From Bacteroidales bacterium (lineage in GTDB: Bacteria > Bacteroidota > Bacteroidia > Bacteroidales > GCA-2748055): a stretch of 64,000 bases of DNA. This document shows, piece after piece, positions 58,986 through 64,000 of the stretch. Where the stretch lies: NCBI GenBank assembly GCA_040903745.1, contig JBBDUV010000006.1, positions 131,775-195,774 of the forward strand. The letters run 5' to 3'. The first letter of the stretch is position 1, and every line of letters begins with the position of its first letter. A program made the position numbers and the translations under genes. Below the pieces are notes generated by a model that saw only the letters and a list, made by a program, of their open reading frames with translations, made no database searches and had not been told where the DNA came from.

Positions 58986-59585
58986 TTGGATACGCTCAAC
59001 CAGATTGACACCAGGCTGTTTTTATTTCTCAACGGTCTTCACAGCGAGACCTTTGATCACATCATGGTTTGGGTGAGCGGAAAGCTTACCTGGTGGCCCT
59101 TCTACCTGGTGCTTCTTGCATATTTGGTGTGGTCGGGAAGACTCCAGGTTATTCCGTTGATTCTTTTCATTGCCCTTTGCATTACACTGGCCGACCAGTC
59201 ATCAGTGCGGCTGTTCAAGGAGGTGTTTGAACGGTTGAGGCCCTGTCATGAACCGGCATTAGAGGGCATGGTACACCTTGTGAATGATAAATGTGGGGGT
59301 ATGTACGGTTTTGTCTCGTCGCATGCAGCGAACTCCTTTGGTGTGGCCACCCTGCTGCTGTTGGTTGTGCGGAGGCGCTTGTTCACGATTGTAATCCTGT
59401 TCTGGGCCGCGCTGGTCAGCTACAGCAGGATCTATCTCGGCGTTCACTATCCCGGCGATATTATCGGGGGAGCGGTACTCGGCATGTTCTGCGGTTATTT
59501 GGTGTACCTGCTGTTCAGGTGGGCGATCCCCCGGTTACCGGCTTCATGGAATATGCATGATCGATCCAATGGTGCAGGAAAATGA
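58986..59585 (+). CDS. PAP2-family lipid phosphatase
   Basis: 199 aa with multiple TM helices. PAP2 motifs are present: KEVFERLRP, SSH (FVSSHAAN) and SRIYLGVHYPGD. An ATG is not at the ORF start, which appears to use an alternative start codon. Confidence 0.8.
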   Translation: MDTLNQIDTRLFLFLNGLHSETFDHIMVWVSGKLTWWPFYLVLLAYLVWSGRLQVIPLILFIALCITLADQSSVRLFKEVFERLRPCHEPALEGMVHLVNDKCGGMYGFVSSHAANSFGVATLLLLVVRRRLFTIVILFWAALVSYSRIYLGVHYPGDIIGGAVLGMFCGYLVYLLFRWAIPRLPASWNMHDRSNGAGK

Positions 59586-60535
59586 GATGCATACGGAGTC
59601 ATACCACCGATCCATATTTCAACCTGGCTGCTGAGGAGTACCTTCTTAAGCAGAATGACGGAGCGATCTATTTTCAGTATGTGAACGATCCTGCGGTGGT
59701 TATTGGAAAGCATCAGAACGCGCTGGCGGAGATCGATGATTGTTACCTGGGGGAACAGGGAATTGCGCTGGCACGCCGCATATCGGGCGGGGGGGCAGTG
59801 TACCACGATGGTGGTAACCTGAATTTCTCCTTTATCACCAACGAGTCGCCCGGCGACTTTGTAAAATTTAAGAAATATACAGCACCGGCTATTGCGGCCC
59901 TACGGGAATTGGGGGTCGACGCTTTTCTGGGAAAGCGGAACGAGATCCTGACCAGCTCGGGCAAGGTTTCGGGATCCGCAAGTCACGTGTTTAAGTCGCG
60001 GGTATTGCACCATGGAACGCTGCTTTTCGATGCCGATCTTGAGCGGCTGGGGAGGTGTTTGTACGTGGATCCGGTGCGGTACATGGATAAGGCGGTGAAA
60101 TCGGTGCGATCGGAGGTGGTGAATATCAGGGGTCTGCTTGAAACGGATATGGGCAGGGAAGAGTTTTACGATTTTATATTCAGGCATATCGTCGCCTCTG
60201 GTGAAAGTCATGTTGATGACGGCTTTACCCATTCAGAGGAGGAGGCAATTGGAGCGCTTAGTCGATCGAAATTTGCATCATGGGAGTGGAACTACGGTTA
60301 CTCGCCGAAGTACACTGTTGAACGCGAGCTGAAGGGGTTGCGGATCGTCACCACCGTGGAGAAGGGGAAGATTGTTGATCTTGACTTTGATGCTACCGGA
60401 TTGAACGAAATGGATCCTGCGTTGCTGCATCGGACGCTCACCGGTACACGGCATGACCGGTTTGCGGTCAGGACAAAGCTCCTGGAACAATATGATGAAG
60501 CCCTGACCGGGGCCATATTGGATGTGCTCTTCTGA
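59582..60535 (+). CDS. lplA: Lipoate--protein ligase A
   Basis: 317 aa with GKHQN and RRISGGGAVYHDGGNLNFSFI (lipoyl-AMP binding region), plus a C-terminal accessory domain. Its start overlaps the PAP2 stop by 4 nt. Confidence 0.85.
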   Translation: MRCIRSHTTDPYFNLAAEEYLLKQNDGAIYFQYVNDPAVVIGKHQNALAEIDDCYLGEQGIALARRISGGGAVYHDGGNLNFSFITNESPGDFVKFKKYTAPAIAALRELGVDAFLGKRNEILTSSGKVSGSASHVFKSRVLHHGTLLFDADLERLGRCLYVDPVRYMDKAVKSVRSEVVNIRGLLETDMGREEFYDFIFRHIVASGESHVDDGFTHSEEEAIGALSRSKFASWEWNYGYSPKYTVERELKGLRIVTTVEKGKIVDLDFDATGLNEMDPALLHRTLTGTRHDRFAVRTKLLEQYDEALTGAILDVLF

Positions 60536-60926
60536 ACAGCAGCTACAGGAAATCCTCGAAAACAATTGTATACATTTAGCGTGGGCTTCAACAGCGAGTA
60601 TAACAAAGTAATGCCCATTCAAGACTTCGTGAACCGCACTCACTCACTTATTTATAAATACCCATTCAACCCAGCCAAAAAACAACAAAACCAGAATCAA
60701 ATAAAATGCCATGCCCATAGTGACGGCGGCACAGTCCAACTATATTTTATCCATCAATTAAATCCCTTTTTGCCTGCCTAGCAAATCAAAACAAAGAAAT
60801 TATTGCTAATTTTAGTAACTATTTGACTAAACGATGGATAAAATACTAATACGTTGGTTTTCATGATATTTTGATGACCACAGGGCATATCTTTCCCGGC
60901 TGCATCAGGCTGCAGAAGAATTGTAC

Positions 60927-61325
60927 CTAAATGGCTGAACGGTGAAAAGTCTGTCGCCAGGAGGGTGAACGGATTCTGGGCAATTCCCTTATCCTTACCA
61001 TCGTACCCTTTTTACACACCGGACACCGGCATAAATCAATGCCGGTGAGCCTCTGATAGCGTTGCAGGTTTGTTTCAAGTGGCTCTTTACGTTTAATCAG
61101 GGTATCAATATCGGGCCTTTCTTGCGGTATAAACTGTAACTTCAGATTGCGTTTGACAGTGTGGTTATAAATACCGTAACGCCTGATTTTCACGAACCGC
61201 CCCGGTAATACATGCATGGTGAACCGTCGCAGGAATTCCACTCCATCCAGGGTAACCGGTTTTTTAATGGCCCCATCACGGTAGTCTTTTGCAATGAAGG
61301 TCACTTTACCTTCAGCAATGTTCAA
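60927..61325 (-). pseudogene. IS91-family (Y2 rolling-circle) transposase, C-terminal fragment
   Basis: GKVTFIAKDYRDGAIKKPVTLDGVEFLRRFTMHVLPGRFVKIRRYGIY plus a CxxC pair (CRCPVCKK) is the typical IS91 C-terminal region. The catalytic N-terminal two-thirds is absent. Confidence 0.7.
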
Positions 61326-61335
61326 GATTCGCTGG

Positions 61336-61932
61336 TTACTTCAACGGAACCACCCGGTCTTTTTTATACTTGCTCTGCCGGATATGGATGGTCATCCGAT
61401 CAAAATCAATATCTGATATCTTCAGGTTGATCACTTTCTGTCCGCGCAGACCTGCTGAATAGATCAGTGCAAGGACGATGCGCTGCTTCAAAAGAGTTGG
61501 AGCAGCAAAGAGCTCTTTTAGCTCCTGCACCGTCGGCCGAAGCCTTTGGCGCAGGCAATGGTGGTTCAGAATTACCGGAAGTTTTGTATCTTTCTTCAGT
61601 GAAGGCAGTGCAATAGCGTTCTTATTCATTCCGAGCAAACGATAGTAGTAGCGAAGTCCGTAAACCATGTGCTTAAAACTGCTTCGGGAAGGTGACTTTG
61701 GATCGCGGGCCAGGGCAACCAGGTATTCGTTGATCTCTTCCGGATCGATCTGCTCAGGCAGCTTTTCAAAATGAATTACAAACAGCGCAATACGCCGGAT
61801 GTAGTTCTGAAGTGTACTCTTGCTCTGCCCGCGCAAAGTAACTTGTTGTTCTAGTTTACGGACAACTTTTTCAAACTCAGGAACAAGTGTGATGGCTTGC
61901 TCCACAATAGTAAAACCCGATTTCTTTCTCAT
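61336..61932 (-). pseudogene. Tyrosine recombinase/integrase, N-terminal fragment
   Basis: A SAM-like N-domain is followed by the start of the catalytic domain (ALIYSAGLRGQKVINLKISDIDFDRMTIHIRQSKYKKDRVVPL), then a stop. The catalytic H/R/Y region is missing. It lies 10 nt from the IS91 fragment. Confidence 0.7.
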
Positions 61933-62131
61933 AACTTGAAATTTTGTTAGTGAATAATTTCGAAGTATAGAAAGAATCGGGTACTTTTAATAATGCTATC
62001 CGCGAAGGCGGATTTAGTTCAACTGCGTGTATGTGGCAATAGCGGGTGAAGTGGTAAATCAAGGTTCCGTACTTTTAAGTAATTTTGTGCTAAACGGATA
62101 GGAAAATGCTCCTAATTCGCTACTGCACATA

Positions 62132-63280
62132 GTGTGCCGAGAAGCAGAACATCGGCGAGATAAGGTTCTGCATGCTGTAATTAAGATGGTGGAAACTGCA
62201 AACGTGTAGTTGGCCCACCGGGGTCGCTTTGCAGGAGGAGGCCTCAACCGGAGCGAAGCGTAGCTCATGACCGAAGGGAATAAACCACCTAAAGGTGCTG
62301 TGGTAAAGAGCCATGGTGCTGAGCGTTTAGGAACGGCGAAGCCCTCATGAGCACCTTAATAAATAGACAATGGGCGAATAAAAGATAAGTCATGAACTTA
62401 TCAGGTAAGAATATAGGAGCTGAACACAAGTGAACCCTTGATGAGGAGTCGAGAAGTTGCCACTTTCAGTCAAGAGCTGTAGAGTATGTGATACAGTGAT
62501 AAGTATAACGGCCACCTGTTTACTGGTTATACGGCTGGCGTCTTACAAAGGGCAGGAACTATATTCGGGCTTGGTTACGGAACTCGGGAATCAGCATGAC
62601 GATGACAAGGGAGGGGCACAACGGGATCACCCCGAAGGCCTAAAACCGAAGCGTCATGTTGAGACGGATTGCCCCGTAGTAGTGATGAAACTTCTGTAAT
62701 GGGAGTGAAGCGAAGGGGGCAAGTTATACAGGATCATAACATGGAACAACTCACAAAGAGGATGAATTTATGGAATGAGACAAAATCGGTACCGGTAAGC
62801 AAGCAGCAAGTTTGGCTTGCTTACAAGAAAGTGCGTTCCAACGACGGGAGTGCAGGTGTGGACCAAATCAGCATAAGTTCAAGGAAGCGCATTGCAGAAA
62901 AGATGAAAGAAATGGACATTGAACACCTGACTCATAAAAGCATCGTAGGGGTGGCACAGCATCTGGAGCCATATATCCGGGGATGGGTCAACTACTATGG
63001 TAAGTTCAGGATATGGGAGATGAACCCAATTTTTCAGCTATTACGGAGGAGGCTTGTAATGTGGGCACGCAAACGGTACAAGCGTTACAAAACGAGTATA
63101 AACCGGACGTATAACTGGTTAAAACGGGTGAAGGAACAGTTTCCGGGACTGTTTTACCATTGGCGTTTAGGATTCTCGTAATGAAACGCATAGATTTGTA
63201 TAACAAGAGCCGGATGAGCTGAGAGGTTCAAGTCCGGTTCTGTGAGAGGCTGAGGGGGAAGTTCCCTCGGCCTACTCGAC
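62132..63280 (+). mobile_element. Group II intron, ORF-degenerate (~1.15 kb)
   Basis: The 5' end is gtgtgccgag (GUGYG-like). Domain V is gagccggatgagctgagaggttcaagtccggttc (63207-63240). Domain VI (63246-63275) has a bulged A at 63274, and the intron ends in AC at 63280. A maturase ORF lies in domain IV. End coordinates are accurate to within a few nt. Confidence 0.75.
62741..63181 (+). pseudogene. Group II intron-encoded protein with the reverse-transcriptase core deleted (RT-0 joined to the maturase/X domain)
   Basis: The N-terminus WLAYKKVRSNDGSAGVDQISI is the RT-0 motif. It joins directly to the thumb/X region (EPYIRGWVNYYGKFRIW...RRRLVMWARKRYKR). RT blocks 1-7, including the YADD box, are missing. 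Confidence 0.7.
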
Positions 63281-63317
63281 TACTTGACCGTTACCCAACA
63301 TTTGAAAAAAATCGAGA

Positions 63318-63767
63318 ATGATACGAAATTATTGGAATAAACAATGGAAAGAGATTCAATTTGATGACAAGATTTCTGAAAACGAAAAATTTAAAATATT
63401 AAATTACGGCAGAATTATTAACTGCAAAACCGACGAATAATTTCTTGTAAAAGAGTATTTTATAAATGGACATCAAAATTTACCTGTTAAACAAAAAAAG
63501 AACGGAAAACAGACAAGCAGGTATGTACACAAACTTGTTGGGGAACATTTCTTGGAAAAAAATAATGGAATCTGTGTCATTCATCTGAATTATGACAAAA
63601 CAGTCAATCGAACTAAAAATCTAAAGTGGGCTACCAAAAGAGAAAAAGAACTACACCAATTTAACCTTCCAGATTGGGAAGAAATTGTTAAAAGAAGAAG
63701 TAAAAATATTGGAAAATTAAACGAAGGCAAAGTGAAATTAAACGCAGTTAATGTAAAAGTTATATAG
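63318..63767 (+). pseudogene. NUMOD4/HNH_3-type homing-endonuclease-like gene with one in-frame TAA
   Basis: The N-terminal WKEIQFDD...KFKILNYGRIIN is NUMOD4-like. TAA at 63438-63440 is followed in the same frame by RYVHKLVGEHFL...IHLNYDKTVNRTKNLKWATKREK, a degenerate HNH_3 motif. Confidence 0.5.
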
Positions 63768-63795
63768 GTATATATCTTACAATCTTTTTAAAAAG

Positions 63796-63821
63796 GCCTA
63801 TCGTTTCGATAGGCTTTTTTT
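63796..63821. terminator. Bidirectional intrinsic terminator
   Basis: gcctatcg-ttt-cgataggc hairpin with an upstream A-run and a downstream T-run (ttttttt). It lies between the HNH-like gene and a convergent - strand gene. Confidence 0.6.
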
Positions 63822-64000
63822 ATACCTTAAATTCCAGTAAATCTTTGGAGTTAAACCCAACGGTGATGCGTTCATCAATATTGTTGTGTTTTGTAACAAT
63901 CGTGAGATGCTCACCATTATCAAGCTTGATGTAAAGCTGGGTATCAGAACCCATAAACGTTTTTTTCAATACGGTGGCGTTAGTTACATATTCACATTCA
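63820..64000 (-). CDS. Partial CDS (C-terminus only), possibly the TOBE-like regulatory domain of an ABC importer ATPase
   Basis: My own translation of the - strand gives ...CEYVTNATVLKKTFMGSDTQLYIKLDNGEHLTIVTKHNNIDERITVGFNSKDLLEFKV*. The ORF continues beyond the window edge. The family guess is weak. Confidence 0.35.
   Translation of the reverse strand, partial: ECEYVTNATVLKKTFMGSDTQLYIKLDNGEHLTIVTKHNNIDERITVGFNSKDLLEFKV

Noticed and set aside
60566-60781. 71-aa + strand ORF downstream of lplA
   Set aside because: It has low-complexity, Gln/Asn-rich composition, no start context and no motif, and it lies in the unassigned spacer next to the IS91 fragment. It is probably non-coding.
62669-63181. 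Diversity-generating retroelement or retron, because an RT-like ORF is present
   Set aside because: The ORF is clearly a group II intron IEP: RT-0 plus the maturase X motif, with flanking domains V/VI. The RT catalytic core is deleted, and I saw no template/variable repeat pair or msr/msd-like structure.

Overview
This is a chromosomal segment from a Bacteroidota-type genome. The evidence is T9SS C-terminal sorting domains, many lipoprotein signals, and the gene order purH-mreB-mreC-mreD-mrdA-rodA. Every call comes from reading the ORF translations and the raw sequence; no searches or folding programs were run, so family names rest on recognised motifs.

Most of the window is housekeeping: cell-shape genes, purH/purE/hpt/adk/obg, mgtE, rsmA, pgi, ppk2, upp, lysS, recJ, lplA, plus tRNA-Thr(CGT) and tRNA-Ser(CGA).

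The parts that deserve a second look are:
1. 19.3-25.0 kb: an operon with a receiver domain fused to a degenerate histidine kinase (phospho-acceptor His replaced by Glu), a 1019-aa ABCG-like transporter with a ~270-aa unexplained N-terminal region, and two unknown secreted proteins.
2. 25.0-28.2 kb: a divergent module of a Cys-rich Crp/Fnr regulator, a ten CxxCH plus one CxxxCH multiheme cytochrome lipoprotein, and a tandem-rhodanese lipoprotein. No quinol dehydrogenase or catalytic reductase lies nearby.
3. An orphan tail-fibre/S74-chaperone protein and an unusually long KamA-family radical SAM protein.
4. 51.0-53.8 kb: a ComEA-like helix-hairpin-helix domain fused to a large outer-membrane barrel, translationally coupled to a second barrel.
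5. 57.0-60.5 kb: a 650-aa protein with an HprK/PEPCK-type P-loop, in an operon with a PAP2 phosphatase and lplA.
6. 7.8-8.07 kb: a densely structured ~240-nt non-coding element behind a truncated permease gene.
7. 60.5-63.8 kb: a cluster of decayed mobile elements. It holds a tyrosine-integrase/IS91 deletion fusion, a group II intron whose reverse-transcriptase core is deleted, and a NUMOD4/HNH endonuclease gene with one in-frame stop.

I found no CRISPR array, cas genes, rRNA or recognisable defence system. None of the candidate systems can be called novel without database and neighbourhood comparisons.
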